Assembly: GCA_951406725.2 (NCBI GenBank)
Contig: OX597823.1
Coordinates: forward strand, 41,664,001 to 41,728,000
From: Octopus vulgaris
Lineage: Eukaryota
Length of the DNA: 64,000 nt
Reading direction: 5' to 3'
Shown here: one piece after another, positions 1 through 13,681 of the stretch
Numbering within the stretch: position 1 is the first letter of the stretch
How the letters are laid out: the number at the start of each line of letters is the position of its first letter
Translations under genes and position numbers: made by a program
The notes under the pieces: generated by a model
The model's database searches: none
What the model saw: the letters and a program-made list of their open reading frames with translations, nothing else
What the model was told of the DNA's origin: nothing

Positions 1-610
1 TGGCTGTCCGACTAGGGTTTTTATACCTCCCTGTTGGAAGTGCCAATGAAGTGCCACCTACCGATGACAGAATCAGGTAACATAACTCTGCTCTGTTTCC
101 TTTAGCCTTTATGACCCTTGATACACTACTTCCCTCCATGACTATAAGTCAAAAAAGAGGTACATTGTAGCAAAAGGCCAATCTAGAGAACAAAGCAGAG
201 GAAATGAACGTATCCATAAAATGGCAGAAATGGGTCATTTCATATAAAGATAGTTCGAAGGAGGTGAGATGCTTGAAAGTATCAAAACAGCAACTGAGTA
301 ACAGTATCAAAACAGTATCAAAACAGCAACTGAGTAACAATTTCGGCAGTGCTTGCTGTGTCTGATACAATTCCACAAACTGAAGCTTTGCATTAGAAAC
401 ACAAGGAGCAAGAAAAGATGCTGTAATCTGAGTGCTGTCCAGTGCTGTAAAATGAAGCAGAGTTGAGCTGGTGTAAATGAGCTAGCTTCACAGGGTTGTA
501 AAAGCTCAGTAAGTCAAAGCAGTGAGTTGATCCAATTAATGAAATCCAAAAGATGGAACTGATGTGCATAGCTGTCAAAGGTCGCACTACCTGGGGAATA
601 CCGCAATGAA
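1..610 (-). mobile_element. Possible decayed LTR-retrotransposon gag remnant
   Basis: Frameshifted minus-strand pieces (FDSYAHQF..., SLIGSTHCFDLL, ELLQPCEASSFTPAQL..LQHW, KGHK) loosely resemble Gypsy-type gag. Many stops; by-eye similarity only. Confidence 0.25.
279..339. repeat. Short tandem duplication
   Basis: gtatcaaaacagcaactgagtaaca occurs twice, with a partial gtatcaaaaca copy between them. Confidence 0.85.
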
Positions 611-2349
611 AGAAAGAATGTAAATAGTAAAGGAAAAGTTTTTAACAATTTTGCCAAAAGACGTAAGCCACGATTGACATAGCAGCTTGCAGATGAAGTT
701 GAAATGACTCCCTAGTGATTTAAATCCAAATCTCTGACATCAGTTCTCTTTCTATATTTTTTTTTTGTTTTGAGAAAAGTCCATTATGGAATATTCTAAC
801 GGTGAAGGTCACCATTTTAGGATGGGGTCAAGCATTAGTCTGGTTCATTTGTTTAGTGTTGTGCTGTGTGTATATGAATGCAGCAAGCAGTGTTCAGACA
901 AGGCTATGTGTAACAAGTTTTATATCATGTTCTACAAAGGTGCGTGCAAAATAATATAAAAGGTGTACGAACTGTTTGTTCCTTTATTAGTGAATTTAGT
1001 CAGTCAGTGTGGCTATTTATTAAGCTATTAGTCATTGCAGTTTAAAGGATCGTTCTGAAAGAATAGAGAGTGAGCATTGCTCTAGCTACATAGCATGATT
1101 GTCATGGCCAGGAGTAAAAGAGCTAGCAGTCCTAGCTGTGTGTGGCAGTTGACAAGTTGCCTGCCCAGAAGGAGGAATAGAAGAAGAGAGAGAATGAAAA
1201 TCTGACTACTGACAACAGAATGGGGTAGAGTAACCCCACTAACTGCTGTAATTCAGTAAAATTGAATACACTACTGGTGTATACATGCACATATAAGTTG
1301 TTATATTACTTAATGCTACAGATTACATTGTTTACTTTTTGTCAAATAATAATAATATCTTGGAAATATTTTATGGTAGTTCTTTACCTATTATCTTCTT
1401 TCCCACCCACTCTTATATAATACAAGGTAGCCCTGTATCTCTTCTGTAGCAAGACACCTGTACTTGTTCCTGTATCATACTTTAGCTGGCATAAAATCAC
1501 CTCAGGCTCTACTACAGCCCAACTTAGACAAAGAGTCTTCTTCTCCATCTTCTGAATTACTTGACACCCTTACTAGTACCTGTGTTACCAAAGAGAAAAG
1601 AAATCACCTAATATATGCTCTTAAATGGTCTACATTAAGAAGAGCATCTAGTCATAGCAAAAATGCCAAAGCAGACATTGGAGCATGATGCAGTCCTTGA
1701 ATGTTTTCAGTTCTGTGAAACCATGCCAGCATGGAATATGGACATTAAATGAGGATAATGATGATTTTTAAAATGAGTCTGGGAATTTTTGAAATTTATG
1801 AGTTCTTAACATTGTTATCAAAAGAAAGTAAGGAAATTAAAATTAGGTCGCAAGCTTAATTTAAGAATTTAATTAGTCATTCTGCAGTACCCTATACAAT
1901 GTAAGCAAATGTTTAAAATAAGTTGTTACATTTGGCACATCATATTGAGTCTGAACTGCAAGCAACCAACAATGAATTTTTCAAGTTAAAGATATCCAGA
2001 CGACTATACAAATATGGAAAAACAATTACATTTTTTACAAGACATTACAAGAAATTATAAATCAGGTGAGAGTTGTTTATTTTTAGATAAATTAGTTCAA
2101 ATATTTAAAATAAATATTTTTATTTGTATTTTTTTCAACTGAAATTTAGAAGAAATGAGGTTTTTATTGCTTATTTTGTTTTTATCCCCGATTCTTTTCA
2201 CTTCACTATTTCTTAATTAACATATATAAAACAGGTAAAAGTTGGTGACAGGAAGTTCCTCAAGTCATAAAAATCCTGCCATGATTTCCTTCCATTTATG
2301 ACATACTATTATTGAAAATAGATGTTAAATGAAGCGAATAAATGAATGA

Positions 2350-2600
2350 ATGAATGAACAACAAGGGCATTAAACTCTTACTTCCTGCATAGATTAGTAG
2401 AATCATTAAAGAAATGCTTTAGGCTTGCCACAGTATCGACAATACCACAGGCAGGATGACATAATAGAGATCAAATAATTGGCATTTACTGCATAAAGTG
2501 TTTAGTAACTTGGATAGTTAGGCAAGTAAGGTGAAGTGTCTTGCTTTAGGATACAATGAAATGACTACAAAAATCCAACACCTTAACTAACCTGCCATGA
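2350..2600 (-). mobile_element. Degenerate CORE-type SINE
   Basis: gtgaagtgtcttgctttaggatacaa matches the reverse complement of the CORE-like block seen in better copies at 60190-60215 and 11775-11800. Confidence 0.45.
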
Positions 2601-2896
2601 TATATTAAATATGATGTGTTATATAATGACTATATTGTCTTGTAAACATCACTAAATCTCACACTTTTACCATGAGGTGACCAATACAGAGCAATGTATT
2701 TGCTGTTGCAGAAGATAGAGCAACTGGAATCGGGTTTGTCATTGCAGTTCCATGTGTTCACCCACCAACGTGACACAGCTTAACAACAATATTAAAGTTT
2801 AAAGTAATCTAATTTGCATTAATGGCCTGAACATTACTTGCATTGAAAGATTGTCTATATCCTATCAAACACAAGTTTATTTCTCAATATATACAG

Positions 2897-2945
2897 GTGA
2901 TGATGTTATATGCTGGCTCAGCCTTACCATATCTGTCTAGACTCT
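2897..2945 (+). CDS. Candidate small exon of an unidentified host gene
   Basis: Acceptor atatacag| and consensus donor |gtaagt flank 49 unique bases. Open as VMMLYAGSALPYLSRL in phase 0, or ends GDDVICWLSLTISV* in phase 1. No protein recognised. Confidence 0.25.
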
Positions 2946-3073
2946 GTAAGTCTACATATGTTACCGACATTAATAAATTAGAATCTTAAATTTAAGTCTT
3001 ACTGTAATTTACATAGAATTCCAGCATTCTTTGATTGATAATACAAGTGTTATAACACATAATTATATCATGT

Positions 3074-3111
<38 letters not shown>

Positions 3112-3116
<5 letters not shown>

Positions 3117-3152
3117 ATCCAAACATGAAAACACAAAGAGACACTACACACA
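3112..3152 (-). mobile_element. Terminal fragment of the PLE-like repeat seen at 34315-34530
   Basis: gttaatccaaacatgaaaacacaaagaga is the reverse complement of about 34502-34530. Both copies abut (TA)n. Confidence 0.7.
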
Positions 3153-3153
3153 C

Positions 3154-3203
<50 letters not shown>

Positions 3204-3207
<4 letters not shown>

Positions 3208-3277
3208 TCATCATCATCATCGTTTAACGTCCGTTTTCCGTGCTAGCACGGGTTGGACGGTTCGACCGGGGTCTGGA
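3204..3277 (-). mobile_element. 5'-truncated RTE-type 3' tail inside (TA)n
   Basis: (cat)n-cgtttaacgtccgttttcc...gggttggacggtt is the same 3' end as the RT-bearing copies at 27795 and 57003. CpGs are retained, suggesting a young copy. Confidence 0.8.
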
Positions 3278-4766
3278 TATATATATATATATATACATAT
3301 GAGAGAGATAAATCAAAATCTCTTGATTACATTTGATATTTTGTGTGTAGGTCATCACAGTCTATTACTAGACTTTTTCCTGATAAATGCTGACATTGAG
3401 AGATAAGTTTAAGTTCAACAAAAACAGAAGAAAACAAAAAAAAAAAAACATTTTGGTAGCTTACATTTTTCTCTTCTTTAGAAGATTATTCTACCTCAGA
3501 CTATTGAAACAATTGCATTGAAATGCTAACTAGCATATGTAACATTCATAGTCATATATATATATATATATACTTTGAAAATACTTAAAATATTTTTCAT
3601 TTTCTTTTTTTATATTAATTCTAGCAATCTTCAGGTCTTTGATGTTTTGGTCTGCAGTATTGCAGTAGTATTTATCTCCACCACAAGAAATTCTATGATA
3701 TCTAAAATATCTGTATTATGATTCAATCTAGGAAATTTTGTTTCTAAACACAATATGCTGATTATCAAATCAGTAAAAACTCTGACTAGTGGTTTTCTAG
3801 AAATTTTTGCAATCTGGTATTAACAACTTATAGATGTGAGATGTCATCCTCAGCTAATTATCTAGTTGATAAAACTGTTGTAAAAATACAGACTGCCCAT
3901 AATTATCAATGGAGTGAGTATATTAATATTTATACAATACAATATTGTACATCCATTTTGACCAATTTTACCGATCTGTTTTGCACAGGAGAGTTCAGGG
4001 AAACCTCAATCTTCATGTTCATTAGAATGCTTGGGTAGGAAGAATACTCTTGTGTGTGGAACTGATTGGTAAAATTGGGTGAAATGGATCTGTAATGCTG
4101 TAGTATATAAATATTAACACACACACACACACTCATACACACACATACATTTTGAAAGAGAGAGAGAGAGAGAGAAAGAAAGAGAGAGAGAGAGAGATAG
4201 AACTAACAAATTGCCATACATACACTTCCTCTTTCTCTCTCACCCTCTCTTGCACATGAACACTTACAGAAAACAAGCCATCTTGTAATGTCTTATAATC
4301 AAGTTGATATCTTTATAAAAAAAACTACAATGAAAATAATGTTAAATGACCAACTTTCATACATCATTATATTCTATTCAAGAGATCCTTACATGTATCT
4401 TAACAAAGTAATTTGGGCCATTTTTATTTTTTACATCGTATGATATTTTTATTCTTTATTTATGATTTTTATAGTTTGCTGTATAGTTTATAATTATAAT
4501 TATTTTGTTTATGTTTTGATTTGTTGTGTTCATGTTTTTGCTGTTATTTATTGCTTGTTTTCAATAACTGGCATTTTTACCAATCTCAATGGAATCTAAT
4601 GTATATAAATATGTATAAACACACACATTTGTTAGATGTTAAAACAAAGCATGTATATGTACATAGCTACTACATATATGTATAAATTCACATATACATA
4701 TATAGAATAACGTGATATCTATCTTTCTATCTATCTAGCTTATGTATAGATATATATATACATATA

Positions 4767-4923
4767 GGGAGAGAATTCATAAAAAAACAGGACGAAGGTA
4801 TGTGGTGTAGACAACAATCAGATGTATTAGTTTAATGCTCGGGAAATGAAGAGGTCTTTAACGTTTCGAGCCTACGCTCTTCCACAGAAAGGAACACAGA
4901 AAGAAACAGGGAGAGAAATAAAG
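4767..4923 (-). mobile_element. Penelope-like terminal fragment with a degenerate hammerhead motif (4856-4891)
   Basis: Minus strand reads cttt CTGTGGA a gagc gtag gctc GAAA cg TT aaag. Stems I and II pair, stem III is the palindrome ACGT, and core A6 is mutated. Confidence 0.6.
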
Positions 4924-5239
4924 TATGTTGTCATCCCAAAGCTGCAATAGAAGACACTTGCAAAAGGTGCCACACTGTGGAATTGCATGCAAAAGTATGT
5001 GGTTGCAAAGTGAACTCACAGTTTTATACTGAGTCCCCTAGCATGGTATGTTGGGCAAGTGTCTTCACTATGTGAGCAAAACAATGCTATGATGTTTATA
5101 TTCCTTGCTGCTGGTTGCTCTGCACTTTTGAAGACCAATGGAATAAAAAAAATCATTCACTTGCAAAACAGCTTAGGTTTTGCAACAGGAAGGACATCTA
5201 ATCTCAAATTTTCATCTGACCTATGAGCACATGCAAAAA

Positions 5240-5545
5240 CATTCATCATCATCATCAATATACTGACATAGGTTGAATGGCTTGACAGGAACTGGCAAGG
5301 CTAGGGGCTGCACCAGGTTCCATAGTCTGTTTTGGCTGGTTTCTATTGCTGGACGCTCTCCCTCATGCAAACTACTTTGCAGAGTGTGCTGGGTGCTTTC
5401 TACATGATGCCATCGCCAGCTCTTTTATGTGACACCATTACTGCATTTTATGGGCACCTTGGTTTTAGGATCTGAATTCTGCTGTGGCAAGCAGGTTGAG
5501 TACAGCAATGCACCACATATTTCAGTCGTCTGTCATTTTCTTCAT
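5240..5545 (-). mobile_element. RTE-related 3' UTR/tail fragment
   Basis: (cat)n tail followed by tctgttttggc...gctggacgctctccctcatgcaaactactttgcagagtgtg, shared with the 8612, 38989, 44287 and 57003 copies. Confidence 0.7.
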
Positions 5546-6540
5546 AATTATAGCTTTATTACAGTTAATCTTTATTTTTATTTTCTTGTTTTATCCTAGA
5601 AGTGGTTTATATGTCTTCTTATGAGAAAAGTTGTGCATATTATATCTAAAATCTATATTGTGATTGAATTTAATTTTGATACTGAGTTGAGCAAAAGCCA
5701 GCAAATGACCATGCAACAAAACTTGTTCTGATATAATTCTTTAATCTAACTGCATTAATATCCCACTGAAGCCATTGCAGACATTATTAAAAGAAAATTT
5801 AGACTGATGGACAAAGATTGAGGATGATGTTTCCATGATTTTGAACATGTAGTTATATATTTTATTGAATAAATCAATGGATTTAAATTATAGTCCTGCA
5901 AAGCCACCATGGTGTATCATAGTTTTTCTATGTCATTTTATGCTGCTTAATTCATCTGAAAGTTCTTTACCATTTTCACATCAGTATTGTAAATTTCTGC
6001 AAATGACACACACTTTGCGGTCAAAAGTTTTATCAAGATAGACAGGTGTTGTCAGAGGAATAAAAACACAATTTTCTTTGCAGCATCAAATCATTCCATT
6101 AGCCCACTAGTGAAAATCAACAATGATATGCAAAGGAAAACATAGATGTCCAAAATAAATGATTCTCTCCACATGTGTCAGGATCCTTTGTCTGGTCTTC
6201 ATCATTTGACCAATCCTCATAAAAAAACTTCTTTCATTTTCTCTGTTTGCTTGGAGTTTAATTTCGATTTACAGATGGTTAATGACATGTTTTTCTTCTG
6301 TCAGCAGAGTGCCATCAAAATGATTGCACAGCTTCTGCAGTTTTTTGATTAGTACAGAATGAGTGGAACAGATATTTTACACAGCCATTTGTGATGCTAG
6401 TGAAAGTAGGCAGCAGGTGGTAATGGTACTTTCATATAGCTACTATTTTTTTTTCTTTTTAATTATAATCATAGTATGAATCAGTCCTCAGTGTGAATTT
6501 GTTCTGCAGAATCATTTGTCAACCAGTAAAATGTGGGAGG

Positions 6541-6564
6541 ACTTTTTTTTTGCCACACCCTGTA
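6541..6564. mobile_element. Isolated Tc1/mariner-like terminal inverted repeat end
   Basis: ttttttgccacaccctgTA is the reverse complement of TA-CAGGGTGTGGCAAAA, a typical Tc1/mariner-type terminus. No partner end found. Confidence 0.35.
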
Positions 6565-6781
6565 TTTTTAATATTGCTCCTTCTGTCTCAATAGTGCTGA
6601 CTCTTGTTTGTGATGCTATACTACAAATATTTCTGAGAGCAAGAATTCCAGACCATATGGATGGCATGAATATGAATTTCAATGAAGACATCTATTTAAT
6701 TAATTGCTCCTGTTACTTCAGTTCTGGTCTTTGGTATCAGATTAATTCCAGTATATACTACAGTACCAATTTAGAATGGAT

Positions 6782-7915
6782 TTGATACTGGAAATTTAAT
6801 GTAAAGTAATACAGAAAACATTGAAAAATGTCTACAGAAATAATTTATTCCTTTATCCAAATCATTTCCAATATTTGTCCTCATATTATGCTGAAATATA
6901 TTCTCTGGAAGTTCAAAGACAAAATACTTTTAATAATCTGTACAACAACTGATTCCATGCTTGTTGAATAGACAACATTTATCATATATCATCTTCAAAC
7001 TATAGATTTTAACTTTAAGGTTCAAATGTGATTTCTATCTTTCAAAGCAGGTTCTGAGATTACAAACTTTATAAAGGAAAGGGGGTCAAAGACAGGACAA
7101 TGGTACAAATAAGGCAGTCAAATACAAAGGATTAAAAAGAATATGACTTAAAGGAAAGCTTTTCATGAATTTCTTGAAATCTTTTCACAAATTTCTTGCC
7201 ATATTGATGCCATGAATTGAATTTGCCATAGTGCTGGGCCAATTTGATACCATTTAGACTTTGTGGAAATTATTTCACTCAATCAATTCTGATTGACCAC
7301 TGAGTAGTAATTAATAGCTGTTGTGCGTGAGAAAAATCTACCATCTTTTTGAAATATATGAAGAGCTGTTATGAATATTTGCATTAGTTCTGAAGAAGGT
7401 GAAAAAGTAATTTGGGACAACATACTGTTGTATATGTGTCATAGAGTCATTGTATGGCATCAACATGGTATGAAAATTATAAAAGGATTTCCTTTAAGTA
7501 ATATCCTGTTTTACTGTAAAATCCTGTATTTGACTGCCATATCGGCACCATTGTCCCATCTTTGACCCTACCACCACCACCACCACCACCACCACCATCT
7601 TGTTTCCTTTATCAAGTTTGCAGTCTCAAAACCTGCTTTCTCACTGCAGTCTTTGAAAGAAATTTCATATGAATCTTAAATTCAAAATCTAAGATTTGAA
7701 GGTGATGTATGATAAATGTTGTCTATTCAAAATGTGTGGAATCAAGTGTTGCATCAACTATTATTTTAAAGTATATTTGTCTTTAATCTTATAGAGAATA
7801 TTTCAGAACAACCTTCGGACAAATTGAAAACGTTTTGGATGAAGAAATATGTCATTTCTGTACATATTCTTCAATGTTTTCTATACAATTTTTATATTAA
7901 ATTTCCAATATCAAG
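6782..7915. mobile_element. Foldback/long-TIR element, arms about 6782-7215 and 7452-7915
   Basis: Collinear reverse-complement blocks, e.g. ttgaatagacaacatttatcata / tatgataaatgttgtctattcaa, ggcagtcaaataca / tgtatttgactgcc, and ggaaatttaat..agaaaacattgaa / ttcaatgttttct..attaaatttcc. Confidence 0.85.
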
Positions 7916-8611
7916 TCTTTACCATATGTTATTAATGTTTTCTTTTCCCATGGATAGTGGTATTCTATTTGCTTTGAAATGTGATGACTTTTGAGCACCA
8001 TAAATGGGTCATGACCAAGAGTTTCACTTTGAGATTTCGATAAAGTTGTTGTGTTGTCAGTTTGAAGAGTTAGTTCAGCTTCTGTTGATAAATATTCATC
8101 ATTTAGCTTTTCGCAAGTAATGATCTTCCTTCATTGTGTTTGCATTCATCTCTTGCTTTCCTTTCACATTTCATTTGTATTCCAGACTTCTACTTATGCC
8201 CTGCAATGATAATGTAGGAAATTAAAATAGTGTTCATAAGAATAACAACAATGAAGAATTGTATTATGGTTTTGCCTATTATTTTCTATATACCAGTGAA
8301 AACAGACCACTACTGATCTGATTATTAGAATACTGTAATAACAATTAGACAAACCACTGGTCTGAAAATACTGGTTTGAAATAGTTCAGACTTCAGATAT
8401 GAATATCACAGATTTTATAAACTCAATCAAAGGAAGGTTTACATAAATGTGTTTGTTTGTGGGTTTATGTATATTTTCATGTTTACAAACACAACCAAAT
8501 AACACATTGTTAAAAAATATCTTCATAACTATTTGTTTTAGAAAGTTAATGGGTGATTTATATTGTAAGAAAAGTATTGAAAGAGAAACCATAAACTTAA
8601 TCCTGACATGA

Positions 8612-9758
8612 TTTCATCATCATCATTGTTTAATGTCTGGCTTCCATACATGCATGAATTCGACGGTTTGACAGGAGCTGGCCAGGTAGAAGACTACCTC
8701 AGGCTGCTATGTCTGTTTTGGCAGAGTTTTTTTGACTGGATACCCTTCCTAATACCAGCCTCTCTGCAGAGTGTCACTCATTGCTTTTTATATGGCACCA
8801 GCACAGACAAGGTCAGTTTTTGCATGATTTTTACAGCTGGATGCCCTTCCAAATGCCAACCACTTTACAATGTAAACTGGATGCTTTTTACTTGGCAACA
8901 GCATCAGCAAGGTTAGCAGGTAACTTGCAAGACAAGGAATTTTAAGAGGAGTGAGGGCATTGGAAGAAAAGTTCTTGTATCAGGTGATGAAAGGTTAGTG
9001 AGCAGGGTAGTAAGGGCAAGGAAGGGAGTGGAAGACAATCATAATGTTTGAAGAGGAAACGTGAGGAAGAGAAATATGCAGTTTAAAAGCAGTGACACAG
9101 TTCAGTTTTTTTAGATAGGGTGTGTGAAAGGTTTGCTTTACATGTGGGTGGGACACAATTCTTGTAGCACTCAGTTTCACTGACATGGGCGGATCTTCTC
9201 TAGGACCTCATATCGCCAAATATCTTGGTTGATTGTCATTTCCTCTGTGAGCCCAACATCCTGAGATCAGTCTTCACCACTTCATCCCATGTCTTCCTGG
9301 GTCCCCTACCTCCCCAGGTACCACCCACTTACAGTGAGAGGCACTTCTTTATACAACTGTCTTTACTCATACACATCACATGTCCAAACCAATGCATTCT
9401 CCTCTCCTGGATGCCACATTTAATTCCTCTTATGCTTAACTATTCTCTCAACACAGTTGTACTTTATTGCTCATGCAATCTGGTGTTGCAAATCCAATAG
9501 AGCATACTACCATCATTCCTCTCTAGTTTATGCGTGTCCTTTACATTCAGAGTCATGGAGTATAGCCGTTTGTACATAAGCATCATACAATCTACCTTTC
9601 ACTCTGAAGGACTGTCCTTTTGTTACTAACAGAGGTAGTAGCTCTCTGAACTTCCTCCATCCTATTATTATTCTAGAAATAATACTTTCAGAGCATCCAT
9701 CACTGTCACTAATTTGGTCACCTAAGTAGCAGAAACTATCTACTACTTCAAGAGAGCC
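8612..9758 (-). mobile_element. RTE-clade LINE remnant (RT C-terminus plus 3' UTR), interrupted
   Basis: Minus strand encodes LEVVDSFCYLGDQIS...GCSESIISRIIIGWRKFRELLPLLVTK. (cat)n tail at 8612. Confidence 0.85.
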
Positions 9759-9761
9759 TCA

Positions 9762-10332
9762 ACCAGTACTTATTTTTTTTTATCTCAAAAGGATAGAAGT
9801 TGATATCGACCTTAGTGGAATTTGAACTCAGAATATAAAAACAGGAGAAATGCCACTAGGTATTTTGTCAGATGGGCTAATGATTCTGCCAGTTGTTGCC
9901 TTCAATAATAACAGCAACAATTATAATCCTTCCTACTAAAGGCACAAGGTCTGAAATTTGGGGGTAGTGGGTTAAGCTGATTACATCAATCCCAGTGTTT
10001 CACTGGTACTTAATCTATTTACCCAAAAAGGTGGAATTTGAACTCAGAACAAAGACATAAACAATATACTGCAAAGCATTTCACCTGGCATGCTAACAAT
10101 TCTGCCAATTTGCTGCCTTAATAATAATAATTACAATTTCGACCAAAAGCACAAGGCCTGAAATTTGTGGGGAAGGGGTAAGTTGATTTCATTGACCCCA
10201 GTGTTTCACTGGTACTTAATTTATTGACCCCATAAAGATGAAAGACAAAGTTGACCTCTGAATGTAGTGACAGACAAAGTACTTTTAATCATTTCACCTG
10301 GCATACTAACGATTCTGCCAGCTCGCCACCTT
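9762..10332 (-). mobile_element. Three head-to-tail copies of tRNA-derived SINE family A
   Basis: Each copy ends ...attctgcca.....gccttc/ccttaa (5' head aagg..g..agctggcagaat on minus) at about 9902, 10119 and 10332. B-box-like gagttcaaattcc in two copies; separated by (taa)-rich spacers. Confidence 0.85.
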
Positions 10333-11639
10333 AATATCAATAATGATTATTATTACTAAAAAGAGGAGATGATGATAGGTGTTATATCCTAGACATATAA
10401 ATAAAGCTAGATATCTTGAGCAGCAATTATAGAAATGGGAATAACTTAAGAAGAACTTAAAATCAATTCAATTTGAATTGTGCACCTTGATAGAATTTAT
10501 TAGGTCTACTAGAATAAAAACAAACGTGAATGAAATATTGTAAAAGACAGAAATCATTTTCTCTTTATTGGAATATAATACGTTTGCAAACAAGTTTACG
10601 TCTTTGCACGAATAAAATACCATGTCAAAAATGTAAGAAATTCTGTCACTTTAATTTCTATTGTCCATCTGGCTCTTGTTCTCAAATAAAATTGCTATGT
10701 CTTTTTTTTGATAAGTTTCGATGTCCTCTCATCAACTGGAATTCATTCAAACCATACTAAATTCTTTTATTACACTTTTAGAGACCATTTTTCAATATGA
10801 ACAGACAAAGCTGAGAATGGTTATGACTGGCTCATGAAACATTTATTATACTCTGCAGATGGTTAGAGCTTCCTCATATATATCAGTGCAATTAACATTT
10901 GCGCATACACATACGTATTCACATTTTTGCATACATACGTGCATCTATGCCTTCATGTCTGTTACACACATACACACAGATATACATAAAGTAAAGTGAA
11001 GTTAAGAAGTCAGATGGAAGAAATAGAAAAGAAATAATATGATGAGTCTAACAACAAGAAATTAAGAGTAAAGGAAATCTGGAGTTGATGTAAAGTTGAG
11101 GCGAGTCTATTACATTGGTACTTAAGCTAAACATATCTAATTCTTTCTATTTTCACTTTTTTGAAAACACAATCATTTTATGCATTTTCATCATCAACAC
11201 TAATATCATCATCGTCATCATCATTTAACATCCAGCTTCCATTCTAAAACAGGTTGACTAGTTTGTAAAGGAACGACAAGTTGGAGGATTGCCTCTTACA
11301 CCAATGTCCATTTCAGCATAATTTCTATAGCTGGATGTTCTTCCTAACATCAACCAGTTAAGAAAATATACAGAATGGATGCCTTTTCTATGGCATCAAC
11401 CTTCGTAATGATCACTTTGTAACCTCTCACTCACACTTTTATGAAATTACCCACCTTTTTCTTCTCCTCCCATTAGATCTACTCTCTATATTATCTTTTC
11501 TATTCACCTTATTGTATCTCAAAAGTACACTCTTAGTACCTTGTCACCACCATCATTTTCTACCTTCCAACAAGTCTCAACCACCCTCACATAATGTCGA
11601 GTAGTTATGTTTCCTTAATAACTAGTAGAGCAAGTAAAA

Positions 11640-11880
11640 TCCCTTCCTGAGCCAAATGGACGCATAAGGCTGTTTTCCCTGTTTCCATGGCTTATATACT
11701 CCCCACCTAGATGGAATTCTGATCCAGCACAGGTTTACTCATTTTTGTCAGCTGAGTGGACAGGAGCAATATGAAATTAAGTGTTTTGCTCAAGAATACA
11801 ACACACTACCCAGTCCAGGTATTGAAATCACAAAGTTATGAATATGAGTTCAAGACCCTAACCCCCATGCCACATGCCTC
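11640..11880 (-). mobile_element. CORE-type SINE (family C)
   Basis: actcatttttgtcagctgagtggacaggagcaatatgaaattaagtgttttgctcaag is shared with 60150-60210. Confidence 0.65.
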
Positions 11881-12039
11881 TACATTCTATAACAAGACAA
11901 ATCCTTCTCTCATACTTCAGTCTTCACCTAGCATAAAACCACCTCCTGCCGTCTCTCTCTCTCTCTCTCTCTCTCTCACAAATCCTCATACACAAACACA
12001 CTCATGTGGTGGGGCTGAAGGTGGGTAGGTTTATTTCAG

Positions 12040-12110
12040 AAACATTAACTGGGAATCAACCATTTTATTATTTGAAACTTTCAACTTCTATATATGAAAC
12101 ACAAGCATAA
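12040..12110 (+). CDS. Candidate terminal coding exon of an unidentified gene
   Basis: Acceptor tttatttcag|, then phase-1 frame xTLTGNQPFYYLKLSTSIYETQA-TAA (stop 12108-12110). Followed by ~1.6 kb with no recognised transposon, ending in a poly(A) signal. Confidence 0.25.
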
Positions 12111-12517
12111 ATATCCGAGTGTATTGCAAAAGACTAGCTGATATAGCATACAACTAAAGTTTACCATGATGCATTTGGACCAGAAGTTGCAGTTTATAGG
12201 GATCAAGGCTTGAAGAGAGTTCAGCAATACCATTATTCTTTACCCCACCCCACCCCCCAAAAAAAAACAAATAAACGAAAACAAACAATAAAATATGTAA
12301 AAAGTCAATATAATAACAAAAAATAAATTTCGAAAAATACAACAATAGCAAAAACAACAGCAGAAAGGAATGAGAAGTGAAAATAAATTAAAGAATTAGC
12401 GAAACTAAATCCAATGAAAATAAAGCTTTTGCTTCTTCAAGTGATATTGTTTCTACTACTACTACTACTGCTGCTGCTGCCACTGACTGCTGCCGTGGTA
12501 ATGTTGTTGTTGTTGTA

Positions 12518-12562
<45 letters not shown>

Positions 12563-12821
12563 TTATATATATGTGTGTATAAATCTCTATGTTTATTTAT
12601 ATATAAATTCCGTTATTGAGTCATTAGTTTCGTTATTAGCCTTTGTTTCTATGCATTTTCTATGTGTGATCATTTCGTTTGGGTTTTTTTTTTATATTGT
12701 TGATGATGGTAATAAAGATGATGATGATGATGAGAAACAAGTGAAGGGGAAGAAGGAAGAAAGAAAGAGGAGGATGATTATGTATTTTTTTTTAGGGATT
12801 TGTTATTCCGGAATATTTTTG

Positions 12822-12823
<2 letters not shown>

Positions 12824-12904
<81 letters not shown>

Positions 12905-12906
12905 GC

Positions 12907-12948
<42 letters not shown>

Positions 12949-12959
12949 CTATTATTATT

Positions 12960-13007
<48 letters not shown>

Positions 13008-13039
13008 GTTATTATTGTTATTGCTATTTATTATTATTA

Positions 13040-13080
<41 letters not shown>

Positions 13081-13095
13081 GTTATTATTATTATT
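12824..13095. repeat. (ATT)n microsatellite
   Basis: About 270 bp of ATT/ATC/GTT triplets. Source of the spurious 282-aa ORF. Confidence 0.97.
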
Positions 13096-13681
13096 GCTGT
13101 TATTTAGATGTTATTAGTTTTAGGTTGTTAATATATTTGGTTTTGATCTTGCTTTTTCTCAAATGTTTCGTCGTAGTAGTTGTTGTTATTGTTTCATCTT
13201 CCCAACCCCCCACCCCAACCCCCCCTCCCCATCATATTACATTCATTATGTTTTCTTTTTAAACAAAGTAATGTCAAACCAAATAAGAAGGCAGCTTGCT
13301 TTCTATGCATTTTACAAAATGAAATGCATTTGTACCAGCGTATGCATACAAAACAGTGCAATTATTTGAAGAGATGCAAATTCCAAATAGATATAAAAAC
13401 AAAAAATATGTGGGGGAAAAAAAAACAGTAGGAGAAGGGACAAAATTGACGAATAGGAATATGTAGAGTAACCTGATATATTATATAAAAAAAGGATAAT
13501 TTGAAATAAATAAATGATAAATAAAGGAAAATATATATTTAAAAAAGGAGGTAACTAATGCCATTGAGCAATAAAAATACATAGTAAGCAAAACTATTTA
13601 AGACATAAATCAAAGGGTTGTGAAGGTATAAAAGAAAATGTTATGCGTAGTTATGTTTCCCACATATAATTTTGTGCTTTC

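Noticed and set aside
12414-13262. 282-aa hydrophobic ORF resembling a membrane protein
   Set aside because: It is the translation of (CTA/CTG)n, (TA)n and (ATT)n microsatellites (poly-L/I/Y) with no domain content.
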